DNA of 64,000 bases from Opitutia bacterium (GTDB lineage: Bacteria > Verrucomicrobiota > Verrucomicrobiia > Opitutales > Opitutaceae), in contig CANJVR010000007.1 of assembly GCA_947478395.1 (NCBI GenBank), positions 1 through 64,000 of the forward strand, given 5' to 3'. Shown piece after piece: positions 40,939 through 49,693 of this stretch. The notes beneath the pieces were generated by a model that made no database searches, was not told the DNA's origin, and saw only the letters and a list, made by a program, of their open reading frames with translations. How positions within the stretch are numbered: the stretch's first letter is position 1; every line of letters begins with the position of its first letter. A program made the position numbers and the translations under genes.

Positions 40939-41754
40939 CTACCTGCGGGCGGCGAGCATGAGCGCGCTGCCGTGGATGTTGGGATGTTGCTCCACTCTAA
41001 AATCCGTGAAGCCGAATTTCTCCAACGCGCCGATGATTTCTGATTTTTCCATCCAGTAACTGTAGACTTCGCCGCCGCCGCAAAATCCTTTCCAGTCGAG
41101 CGAAGGCCCGTAGTTGAAACGGTGCACGGTGTGCGCGTAGCCGGCATGGTTCATCGGCAGCGCGTCAGAAAACTTCGCGCCGGGCACGGGGTTTTTCCCC
41201 ACAAATTCGGCGTCGTAAAAAACCGTCCACAGGAAAATCGCCCGACTGCGGCGAGCGAGCAGTTCCAGCAGTTCGACGGGATTCGTGAGATGATAAAGAA
41301 TGCCGCACGCGATCGTGATGTCGAAGGTGCGCTCGGTCGTGTGCAAATAGCTGAGCGCATCGCCGAGCAGAAAGCGCGTCCGGCTACTCATGCCGAAGGT
41401 TTCCTTGGCGATCAGACATTTCAAGTAGGCGCGGGCGTTGGCCTCGACCGCGGTAACGCTCGCGGCGCCGAGGCGGTCGACGAGATAGGTGTGGGCGCCT
41501 TCGAGCGGCCCGAGTTCAAGGACATCGCGTCCCGCAAAACCGCCGGTGAGGCCCATCTCGTTGAAACGATCGTGGGCCCATTGCATGCGGGGGTCATCGA
41601 AGAGCGGCGTAGCGCCCGCTTTCAGCTCAGGCCGGTTCGCGGGCGGGGCCGACGACCATTCTCCCGCGAAGAGATCGAGCGCGTTTTGGTCGGAGGGCGG
41701 GACACCAAAAAAATGTTTATAGTCGGACACGAGAAAGGCGGCACGCTTCAGCAA
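40939..41754 (-). CDS. Class I SAM-dependent methyltransferase
   Basis: VLELGPLEG, VTAVEAN, FDITIACGILYHL; start uncertain. Confidence 0.85.
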   Translation of the reverse strand: MLKRAAFLVSDYKHFFGVPPSDQNALDLFAGEWSSAPPANRPELKAGATPLFDDPRMQWAHDRFNEMGLTGGFAGRDVLELGPLEGAHTYLVDRLGAASVTAVEANARAYLKCLIAKETFGMSSRTRFLLGDALSYLHTTERTFDITIACGILYHLTNPVELLELLARRSRAIFLWTVFYDAEFVGKNPVPGAKFSDALPMNHAGYAHTVHRFNYGPSLDWKGFCGGGEVYSYWMEKSEIIGALEKFGFTDFRVEQHPNIHGSALMLAARR

Positions 41755-41862
41755 AGGACAGGAAAGCTCAAGGCCGGAGCGGACATGGCGCGAACGTGGC
41801 GTGCCCTCATTCTGGTCAGCGCCAAACGCCGAACTCTGAAACCGAATAAGCGCCGCCGTCGC

Positions 41863-43686
41863 TTAATTCGGCACTTCGTAGACCTCGATGAGTCCGATGC
41901 CGGTGACGTCTTCGAAGCCGCTCATCTGCGCGCTGTAGCTGCCGGGTGGCAGGGTGAGCAACATCACAGCGTCCAAGCCGGAGTTGTTTCGGATTTCGCG
42001 CAGCGGGAACGCGCCGACCTTGGTCGCGGCGACCCGGATCGCATTCTGCAACGAAGCCGGTGCATCCCAATCGTCGTTTTCTCGAAGTAAGGTGCCATCA
42101 CCGCGGTAGATTCTCAGGTAGGGATCGATCAGCGCGCCGGAGAGCTTGAACGGCGCGTCGAGCAGAGTGGGACCGACGGCGCGGATCAGGTAGGTCTTGG
42201 GGCCTGGGCCGCTGACGACGAAACCTGCGATGATGATGTCGCCACCGGTGCCGACGAAACCGCGGGTCGATAGGTTGGAGAGTTTGATCGCGGGATCGAG
42301 GGGGTCGTCCGCGTCGTAGGCTTCAAGCAAAACGACGCCACTTGCGCCCGTCGGACTGCTGACCAGAGCCGTGTATAGACCCGGATTTAGGGTGGTGAGG
42401 ATCACCGCGTCCTTCGAACCGGCGGCGAGGGCGAAGGCGCCCACGCGAGCCGAGGTTGCACGAATGTCGGCGGCGGTGGACGAAGGGTTTGTTGGCTGTT
42501 CCCAATCGTTGTTTGACGCGACATCGGCGGCGCTGGAGTTTTTAAGCGACAGGATCGGATCGGCAAGCACGCCGGGCACTTGAAAGTTTGCGAGCGTCGG
42601 GCCGATGGCCCGAAGTAGAATTTTCTTCGGCTTGTTGCCGTTGATCACGAAGCCGACGATCATCGATTTTGCGCCTGAGCCCGCGACACCGCGGGTGGCA
42701 ACGTTGGCGAGTTGGGTCGTCGTTGAGAGAGTGGCGGGATTGACCGTGAGGGTTACGGCGTTGCTGGTGACGGTGTGGTCCGCTGTGATGGCGGTGAAGA
42801 GGTAGCGTCCGGCGTCGCTGCTTTGCACCAGTGGCAGGTCGAGTTTCGTGCTGCTCTGGATCGGTGAAATCTCGGTGAAGGAGGTGCTGTTTGCCGGCGC
42901 GAAATACCACGAATATCCGTGCAGCGCATCGTTGGTCACGGCGGTCTGTCCGTCGACGGTCACGGAGAAACTGACCGATCCTGTGGCCGTGACGGTTCTA
43001 TCGGAGGGTTGCGTCGTGATGATGGGCTTGGCCGCGGCGGCCGCATAAAGAAATTTCGCGCCGTTGGCGTCGTCGAGCTGCAGGGTCTCGGTGTTACTCA
43101 CCACGCTGTTCATGATCGCGGTGACGGACTGCGCTGGCTTGGCTTGGTCCGGGTGGTCGAGACCCAAGACGTGACCGAATTCATGCAGTAGGACGCGCCG
43201 CAGATCCACCACTCCCGTGGTGCGCAGGGCACCGCGGTAGGAGTTCCAGGTAAAGGCGGTCTTATTCACGACGACGTCGGACCGGTCTTTTCGGACCGGA
43301 GAACTCGAGGAGAGCGTGATGGCGAGGACGCCGAACGGAAACACATCGCCGTCGACCAAGGTATCGAAGAGGACGCTGTTGGTGGTATCCCCAAAGGCGG
43401 AGGTCTTGGCGGTGCTTGTTGTAGAGGTGAACTTGGTGCGGCTGAGATTGGCGTTCCAGTCCGCCAAAATCGTCGCGACCATCGCATTCCAACTTACCGA
43501 TCCGTCGCTGAGGGGCAGCGTCACGTCGGGCGCCGTGGCATCGAGCTGCAACGTCATCGGAATCGTGCCCGATGCCCAGGAATTGCCGTCGAGCAAAAAG
43601 GCTTTCGCGGGTACTGAGAATACGGCCAGCCCGACCACGAACGTGGCGAGTCGGAGCGCAGGGACGGAAAAAAAATCGAAGCGCAT
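41863..43686 (-). CDS. Matrixin-like (metzincin) metalloprotease with Ig domain and two Opitutales-type repeat domains
   Basis: HEFGHVLGLDH zinc motif and AIMNS Met-turn; PIITTQP..SDAGRY Ig domain; NVATRG and NLSTRG repeats. Confidence 0.9.
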   Translation of the reverse strand: MRFDFFSVPALRLATFVVGLAVFSVPAKAFLLDGNSWASGTIPMTLQLDATAPDVTLPLSDGSVSWNAMVATILADWNANLSRTKFTSTTSTAKTSAFGDTTNSVLFDTLVDGDVFPFGVLAITLSSSSPVRKDRSDVVVNKTAFTWNSYRGALRTTGVVDLRRVLLHEFGHVLGLDHPDQAKPAQSVTAIMNSVVSNTETLQLDDANGAKFLYAAAAAKPIITTQPSDRTVTATGSVSFSVTVDGQTAVTNDALHGYSWYFAPANSTSFTEISPIQSSTKLDLPLVQSSDAGRYLFTAITADHTVTSNAVTLTVNPATLSTTTQLANVATRGVAGSGAKSMIVGFVINGNKPKKILLRAIGPTLANFQVPGVLADPILSLKNSSAADVASNNDWEQPTNPSSTAADIRATSARVGAFALAAGSKDAVILTTLNPGLYTALVSSPTGASGVVLLEAYDADDPLDPAIKLSNLSTRGFVGTGGDIIIAGFVVSGPGPKTYLIRAVGPTLLDAPFKLSGALIDPYLRIYRGDGTLLRENDDWDAPASLQNAIRVAATKVGAFPLREIRNNSGLDAVMLLTLPPGSYSAQMSGFEDVTGIGLIEVYEVPN

Positions 43687-43692
43687 GCGGGG

Positions 43693-44310
43693 TCAGTTCT
43701 GCGTTTTGACGGCGGGCGGCGATAGGCGGGCGACCGCTTCGACGATGCGCGTTTCAAAATCCCCGGGCGAAAGGGCGCGCGCGGCCGACTTCAAACGATT
43801 CCCGGGCGCCGCAGTTTCGAGTGGGAGGACGATATCGGCCGTCGATTCGAGCGGCGTGAGATTGTCGCGCGCGACGAAATCACGATCGGTGGCCGCATCG
43901 TGCAGCAGGTGATACCGTCCGTGGCCGGCGGCAACCAGCGGGCAAAACGTGCGGCCGTTGGCTCCGACGAAAACAATTTCGCGATCGCCGGCGTGAAAGG
44001 CCGGCATGCCTGATACCTCCAGCGAATCGCTGCCGACGGTGCCGCCGAGGAAGGAGAGCACGAGCGTATCGGTCGGTGCCGCCGGACCCTTCAGGGTGCG
44101 TTCAACGTGAATCGTCACGAATGTCCGGATGACCCGGCCGGAAGGTCGGTCGACGTAGGCGGAGCGGACGGACGTGACTTCACCGCGGACGACATTGTCG
44201 GCCACGGCGACGAGCTCGTCGAAGCTCGGCGGCACGACCGACATGGCGTGAGCCGAAAGCGCGGCGCCGAGCCAGGCGAGAGTAAGAAAGGCAACGCGGA
44301 GGCTAGGCAT
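43693..44310 (-). CDS. Secreted hypothetical protein co-transcribed with the protease
   Basis: Signal peptide; ELVAVADNVVRGEV..VERTLKG..GGTVG..GMPAFHAG; 6 bp from the protease start. Confidence 0.75.
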   Translation of the reverse strand: MPSLRVAFLTLAWLGAALSAHAMSVVPPSFDELVAVADNVVRGEVTSVRSAYVDRPSGRVIRTFVTIHVERTLKGPAAPTDTLVLSFLGGTVGSDSLEVSGMPAFHAGDREIVFVGANGRTFCPLVAAGHGRYHLLHDAATDRDFVARDNLTPLESTADIVLPLETAAPGNRLKSAARALSPGDFETRIVEAVARLSPPAVKTQN

Positions 44311-44508
44311 GGGTTTTGTAAGATGACACCGGTTCGAGAGCCGACTCGGAGTTTTCGAGGCGGAGTGGGGAAGGGCCGGAAAGGCAGCGGTCGCTAGATC
44401 GATCAGGAAAAAAATCCCTGAACGTTCGTGATTGAATTCAAGACGGGGAACGGGACGGATTTAACGGCGAGGGCAAAATCGCGCGAAGGGAGGTTGCGAC
44501 CAAAACGC

Positions 44509-45570
44509 TCACGCGGCGTTCCTTTTTTTCCACGACTCGACGATCTGGCGGATGGTTTCTTCCAGTGACTGCGTGATGTCCCAGCTCGGATAATGCGCCC
44601 GCATTTTCCGGAGGTCGCTGTAGTAGCAGATGTGGTCCCCGGCGCGGTTCTGATCGACGTAGGTGTGCACCTGCGGCTTGCCCGAAAATTTTTCGACGAT
44701 CTTGAAGGCTTCGAGGATGGAAGTGCTGTTGGCCTTGCCCCCGCCGAGATTGTAGACTTCGCCGGCGCGCGGGGCTGCGACGAAGGCCGCCATGAAACGC
44801 GCGACGTCGAGCGAGTGGATGTTGTCGCGCACTTGTTTTCCCTTGTAGCCGAACACGCGGTATTCGCGGCCCTCGAGGTTACATTTTACGAGGTAGCTCA
44901 GGAAACCGTGGAGCTCGACGCCGGTGTGATTCGGCCCGGTGAGACAGCCGCCGCGCAGGGCGCAGGTGGGCAGATTAAAATAGCGGCCATATTCCTGGAC
45001 CATCACATCGGCGGCAACTTTGCTCGCGCCGAAGAGGGAATGTTTCGACTGGTCGATGGTGAACGTCTCGGCGATGCCCTCGGCGTAGGCGGGATCGGCG
45101 TAATCCCAGCGCGTGGCATGTTCCGTCAGGGCGATGCGATTGGGGGCGTCACCGTACACTTTGTTCGTGCTCATGTGCACGAACGGCGATTCGGGGGCGG
45201 CTTGGCGGGCGGCTTCGAGGAGGTTGAGCGTGCCGACGGCGTTGGTGTCGAAATCGTCGAAGGGAATCGCGGCGGCGCGATCGTGCGAAGGTTGGGCGGC
45301 GGTGTGAACGATGACGTCAGGCTTCACCGTTTTCACGAGGGCGAGGACGCCGGCGCGGTCGCGGATGTCGAGTTCGTGATGGACGAAGCCCGGCAGTTCG
45401 GCCGCGAGGCGGCTTTGATTCCAGCGGGTGTCACCGGAAGGCCCGAAGAAGACGGCGCGCTGGTTGTTGTCCACGCCGTGAATCGTGTAGCCGAGTTCCC
45501 GAGCGAAATAGACGCAGACTTCGGAGCCGATAAGGCCGGAGGAGCCGGTAACGAGGAGGGTTTTTTTCAT
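44509..45570 (-). CDS. NAD-dependent epimerase/dehydratase (CDP-paratose 2-epimerase-like)
   Basis: [40 protein letters not shown]; start MKKTLL. Confidence 0.88.
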   Translation of the reverse strand: MKKTLLVTGSSGLIGSEVCVYFARELGYTIHGVDNNQRAVFFGPSGDTRWNQSRLAAELPGFVHHELDIRDRAGVLALVKTVKPDVIVHTAAQPSHDRAAAIPFDDFDTNAVGTLNLLEAARQAAPESPFVHMSTNKVYGDAPNRIALTEHATRWDYADPAYAEGIAETFTIDQSKHSLFGASKVAADVMVQEYGRYFNLPTCALRGGCLTGPNHTGVELHGFLSYLVKCNLEGREYRVFGYKGKQVRDNIHSLDVARFMAAFVAAPRAGEVYNLGGGKANSTSILEAFKIVEKFSGKPQVHTYVDQNRAGDHICYYSDLRKMRAHYPSWDITQSLEETIRQIVESWKKRNAA

Positions 45571-45831
45571 GCCGATGCCGTGAGGAATAAACGTGGGAGC
45601 AGGCCCCAATCCGGGGTGGGTTTCAAGCGTTTGAAATTGTTTTCCGCGTGTCGGGCATCGAGGCGCCCATTCGGATGACCCTAACCCGTAGTGCAGCGCG
45701 CGGGCCCGCGGGGGCGGCATCGATCGTTTTTGGCTCGAGGATCTTCATTTTTGGAGCGGCTCGCTGATCGCCAGCCGGCCGTCGGGCGTCGTTGCCCCAT
45801 CGATCGTCGTGAGCAGGATCGGCTGGCCTCG

Positions 45832-47400
45832 CTAGGTCTCGGGCACCGGGAATTCAAGCAATTGCCATTGCGCGCCGGGATTAGCGGGACGCGCGTCGAT
45901 CCGGTCGTGGGTGGCGACGAGCTCGATAAAAAGGTGGTTGCCCGGCTCGCGCGGAAATCCGCCGACGGCGAAATACAGTCGTTCCGGCGCCGCAAATGGC
46001 CCGAAGATAAGCGAGCCGGTCGAACGACCGGTGCGGTCCCACGAGCTCCACGTGCGGATCGGTGCGGCCGTGCGCAGCGCGCGGCCCGGGAAAATTCCGT
46101 CCGCTAGATATTTATCGCGGACGTCGCCGGCGACGTCGGGAACGGCGGGCCGGTAGCTCGCGGCGGCTGAGGCGGGGAGCATCCGTGCCGGCCGGCCCGG
46201 ATATTGAATCACCCAGGGAACGGGCAAAATGGGGATTTGCACCGGCACACCGCGACGGATCGCATCACAGTAGTTCTCCCAGTGGAGATCGGCAGGGGCG
46301 GGTTTTACGTGATTTGGCAGTTCGAGCACGACGGCGAGCAAGCAAAGCCCGCGGGCGGCCCACGCTACCACGCGCGGTCGCGCATCGAATTCCCAAATTA
46401 ACAGCCACGCGAGCAGGAGGCGTGGAATGAAGAAATAGGAATCGGCGTTGACGAGATCCGGCTGAGCCCACGAGTCGGGTCGCGTGCGGTACAGCACGAC
46501 GGTGGTGAAAAGCCCAAACGCGACGACGAGTTGGGCCCGTAACCACCGCCGGGGATGAGGTCGCAACGCCCCGACCAGGAGCAACGCGACGAAGCCGGTG
46601 CCGATGACGCGCTGCGCGGTCCAGGAAAGCGTGCTGGCGACGTGGGCGCCGAAGAGCGGCCAGACGACGAGCCGGCTGCTCGCGATTGTCAGCATCTTGG
46701 TGAGGCTAAATGGCTCCGGGGGTTGGGCAAAGAAGCCCGCCCCGGTCGTCTTGACGAAGTAACCTTGGATCGCCGCGCACGCGCCGGCGACGAGCAGCGC
46801 GGCGAGCGTATCGGCGTTCCGCTCACGGAGAAACCGCCAGGCAAAGAGCGGTAGAAAAAGGATGACAAAAGGCCCGCTGAGCCCGACGAGAAAAACGATC
46901 GCGAGATCGCCGAGACGTTGCGGCCACGTCGTTGGCCGGGGTAGCAAGGCTTGCAGCAAAAGGAAAAACGCGGTGATCCAGTGCAGATTGGTGATATTGA
47001 AAAAAACTTCGCCGGTGTGCGCGACGAGCGCGAAGGACAGGACGAGCCAATGCTTTCCGGGCAGGTCGCAGCGTGGCGACGCCAGGCGGAGGAAAAGCAG
47101 AAAAGTGACGAGCAGCGCTGCGCCGTTGTAGAAGGCGGGCCAGTACGCGATATCGACCGTGTGGCTTGCGAGCCAGGCGATGAGTCGCGGCAGGGTGTGC
47201 AGATAGCCGCGATAGGGCGTGAGCAACGCCCGCAGCCCGAGTTGTTCGTTTTCGAGGAGATGGACACACCCATCCTCGGCCCAGAGTTGGGGGCTGGTCA
47301 GCGCCCAGGGTTTGTGAGCGACGAGCAGCGCGATCGCGACCAAGGCAACGGCCCAGGCTGCTTTCGTCGACGCCGCGGCCGGACCGACGCTGGACCTCAA
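45832..47400 (-). CDS. Multi-pass membrane protein (WAEDG motif; putative GT-C) with truncated C-terminal soluble domain
   Basis: LWAEDG, YRGYLHTLPRLIA, EVFFNITNLHW, GLSGPF; TTG start overlaps the stop of a GT2 fragment. Confidence 0.7.
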   Translation of the reverse strand: MRSSVGPAAASTKAAWAVALVAIALLVAHKPWALTSPQLWAEDGCVHLLENEQLGLRALLTPYRGYLHTLPRLIAWLASHTVDIAYWPAFYNGAALLVTFLLFLRLASPRCDLPGKHWLVLSFALVAHTGEVFFNITNLHWITAFFLLLQALLPRPTTWPQRLGDLAIVFLVGLSGPFVILFLPLFAWRFLRERNADTLAALLVAGACAAIQGYFVKTTGAGFFAQPPEPFSLTKMLTIASSRLVVWPLFGAHVASTLSWTAQRVIGTGFVALLLVGALRPHPRRWLRAQLVVAFGLFTTVVLYRTRPDSWAQPDLVNADSYFFIPRLLLAWLLIWEFDARPRVVAWAARGLCLLAVVLELPNHVKPAPADLHWENYCDAIRRGVPVQIPILPVPWVIQYPGRPARMLPASAAASYRPAVPDVAGDVRDKYLADGIFPGRALRTAAPIRTWSSWDRTGRSTGSLIFGPFAAPERLYFAVGGFPREPGNHLFIELVATHDRIDARPANPGAQWQLLEFPVPET

Positions 47401-47634
47401 AGCGGACCGAAGCGCGCCTTGGCCCAGGCTCCGATCCAATTGATGGAATCGCGGATCATGCGTATTTTTGTTTTCTCGCTTTGCCGAACACGCGGTATCC
47501 GCGGCCTTCGATATTCCACTTTACGAGGTAGCTCAGGAAACTGTGCAGCTCGACGCCGGTGGGATTCGCTCCTTTGCGACCGCCGCCGCCCAAGGTGCAG
47601 TTGGGCAGATTGAAATAACGGCTAAGGTCTTGGA
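47397..47634 (-). pseudogene. Chimeric scar: internal epimerase fragment fused to a GT2 3' end
   Basis: 47397-47467 closely copies 48938-49008; 47468-47634 is a diverged copy of 44833-44999. Confidence 0.9.
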
Positions 47635-47688
47635 TATAAGAGAAGATTTCCGGGATATGAGGCGTTGTCGCTAGCGGCGCCAAGGGAA

Positions 47689-48909
47689 TTACAGCTTTCG
47701 CGCTGAGTCGATGGCCGGCCGTGCAGGCAATGGGATGGTCCAACCGGCCGGGTTGATCGGGATGACGACGGCTTCTCCCTTGCTGATTTTTGGGGCGTAA
47801 GCACCCCAATGGAGATCAGGGAATGCAGGCTCGCGCAGTCGGGGGACGTTGGTCGCGAAAGCTAGGATTAGGAGCGCAATGGCCGATCCTCGCCAGACGC
47901 GCTGCGAATCGCCGAGGAAGGAGAAAAGCAGCCAAAGCAGCGCAAGCTGAAGTGGAAAAAAATAACGGGCACCGTAGCCGGCGTGCCGCAGCTCCGGCAA
48001 ATTCCAGCGGCAGCGGTATAAGCTGGCGGCGAGCAGCGCGAGAAAAGCGCCGGCGAGGAGGCCGCGAATCAGTTGTTCGGGGCCGCGCCGAAAACCCGCT
48101 ACTCCGACGAGCACGACGGTGAAGAGCGCCAGAATCCATAATACCGCCATGGGCGATTCCTGGGTCATTCGGCCTCCGGTAAAAAGCGAGCCCGCCAGAC
48201 GAGAGCCGATCGCACTCACGCCGTCGCCAAGTTGAATGCGGGCATTCGCTGGAACGGTTTCTTTTGCGCGCAAGATAAACGTAGTTTGAACGGCGGCCGT
48301 TAGAGCGACGAGTCCGGCAAGGATCCGGCTGGCGGAGCTTTTTCGGACCAGCGCTCGAATGAAAAAGAACGGCGCGAGCATGATACTGAAAGGGCCGGTC
48401 ACACCCATAATCAGAGCGGCACTCAGGTCGTGGATTGTGCCGGCCGCGGTCTCGGGATCGCGCGAAAGCAGAAGCAGAATCAGGCCGGCGGCGACCAGCC
48501 ATTGAAGGTTCACGACGTTCAGCAGCACTTCGAAGGCATCGGGCACGAGTACCACGCTGAGTGCGAGAAGGGGCCGGGGAGAAAAAGCCTGACGGGACGA
48601 GAGCGCCCGAGAGGCGACGTAGAGTGTGGCGAGGGCGGAGCAACCGACAAACCAGGCCGGCGCGAAAATCGGATTCCACCACCACGCCGTGCCGGCGATC
48701 AGGCGGGGCAGCGTGTGGAGATAGCCGGCGTAGGATTCAACGAGCGTGTGCCAGCCGTTCGCCAGATGGCGTTCATAGAAGAAACCATCCTCCGCCCAGA
48801 ACTGCGGATGGTGGAACTGGTCGGGCCGGCGGAGAAAAAGAATCAAGCCGCAGCCGATAAGAATCAGGGGCGCGGAACCGAGAGCACGGCGGAGATGGGC
48901 AGAGATCAC
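47689..48909 (-). CDS. Multi-pass membrane protein (WAEDG motif; putative GT-C), homolog of 45832-47400
   Basis: FWAEDG, YAGYLHTLPRLIA, EVLLNVVNLQW, GVTGPF, DLHW, IPINPAGW. Confidence 0.75.
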   Translation of the reverse strand: MISAHLRRALGSAPLILIGCGLILFLRRPDQFHHPQFWAEDGFFYERHLANGWHTLVESYAGYLHTLPRLIAGTAWWWNPIFAPAWFVGCSALATLYVASRALSSRQAFSPRPLLALSVVLVPDAFEVLLNVVNLQWLVAAGLILLLLSRDPETAAGTIHDLSAALIMGVTGPFSIMLAPFFFIRALVRKSSASRILAGLVALTAAVQTTFILRAKETVPANARIQLGDGVSAIGSRLAGSLFTGGRMTQESPMAVLWILALFTVVLVGVAGFRRGPEQLIRGLLAGAFLALLAASLYRCRWNLPELRHAGYGARYFFPLQLALLWLLFSFLGDSQRVWRGSAIALLILAFATNVPRLREPAFPDLHWGAYAPKISKGEAVVIPINPAGWTIPLPARPAIDSARKL

Positions 48910-48937
48910 AGTGGAAACGCTCCGGCCGCTCCGCGAT

Positions 48938-49693
48938 TCACAGGGGCCCGAAGCGGGCCTTGGCCCAGGCTCCGATCCAATTGATGGGATCGCGGATCAT
49001 GCGTACTTTTTTCCCCTCTTTGAACGAGCGGGAATTGTAGCTGATGGGAATTTCCAGCGGATGATGGCCGGTGCGGATGAGTTTCATCAACAACTCCCAA
49101 TCCAAATCAAACCGGTTGCTCGTGAGATGAATTCCATCGAGGCACTCGCGCCGGAAGACCTTGTACATCGTGAAAGGATCTTTGAGCCAGATGCCGAGCG
49201 ACGCGTTGATGAGGAAGGTGAAGCCCCAGTGCGCGCAATTGAGGACGAAAGCCTGCACGGGTTGATCATCAAATTTGCGCATCGCGAAGCCATCGCCCGG
49301 AGTGTGCCGCGATCCGAGGACAAACGTGCGTTCTCCGGCGGCCAGCGGCGCGAGCAATTTGGCGTAATCGTCGAGCGAGTATTCTAGATCCGCGTCCTGA
49401 ATGAGAAAAACATCCCCGGTGGCCCGGGCGAAGCCGGCTCGCACCGCATGGCCTTTACCGCGCGGTTTATCCTCGAGGATCAACGTGACGCGGGGGCAGT
49501 CGCGATAGGTTTCAACGATGGCGCGGGATCCGTCGGTGGAATTGCTCTCGATGAAGATGATTTCCAGTTCCCAGCCCGGCACTTGCTTGGCGACGATCGC
49601 ATCAAGGGCGATACGGAGCGTCGCCGCCTCGTTGTAGATGGGGACAACGACGGAGAGTTTTAACGGACCGGTTCGAGGGGCGGGCACACTCAT
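48938..49693 (-). CDS. GT2 glycosyltransferase, polyprenol-phosphate (DPM1/GtrB-like) type
   Basis: SVVVPIYNE, GKGHAVRAG, IQDADLEY, VLGSR, RSFKEGKK; ATGA overlap with the YfhO-like gene. Confidence 0.9.
   Translation of the reverse strand: MSVPAPRTGPLKLSVVVPIYNEAATLRIALDAIVAKQVPGWELEIIFIESNSTDGSRAIVETYRDCPRVTLILEDKPRGKGHAVRAGFARATGDVFLIQDADLEYSLDDYAKLLAPLAAGERTFVLGSRHTPGDGFAMRKFDDQPVQAFVLNCAHWGFTFLINASLGIWLKDPFTMYKVFRRECLDGIHLTSNRFDLDWELLMKLIRTGHHPLEIPISYNSRSFKEGKKVRMIRDPINWIGAWAKARFGPL

Noticed and set aside
45832..45834. Pyrrolysine or stop-codon recoding at the TAG
   Set aside because: Other genes here end normally in TAG and no recoding machinery is visible; a nonsense mutation is simpler
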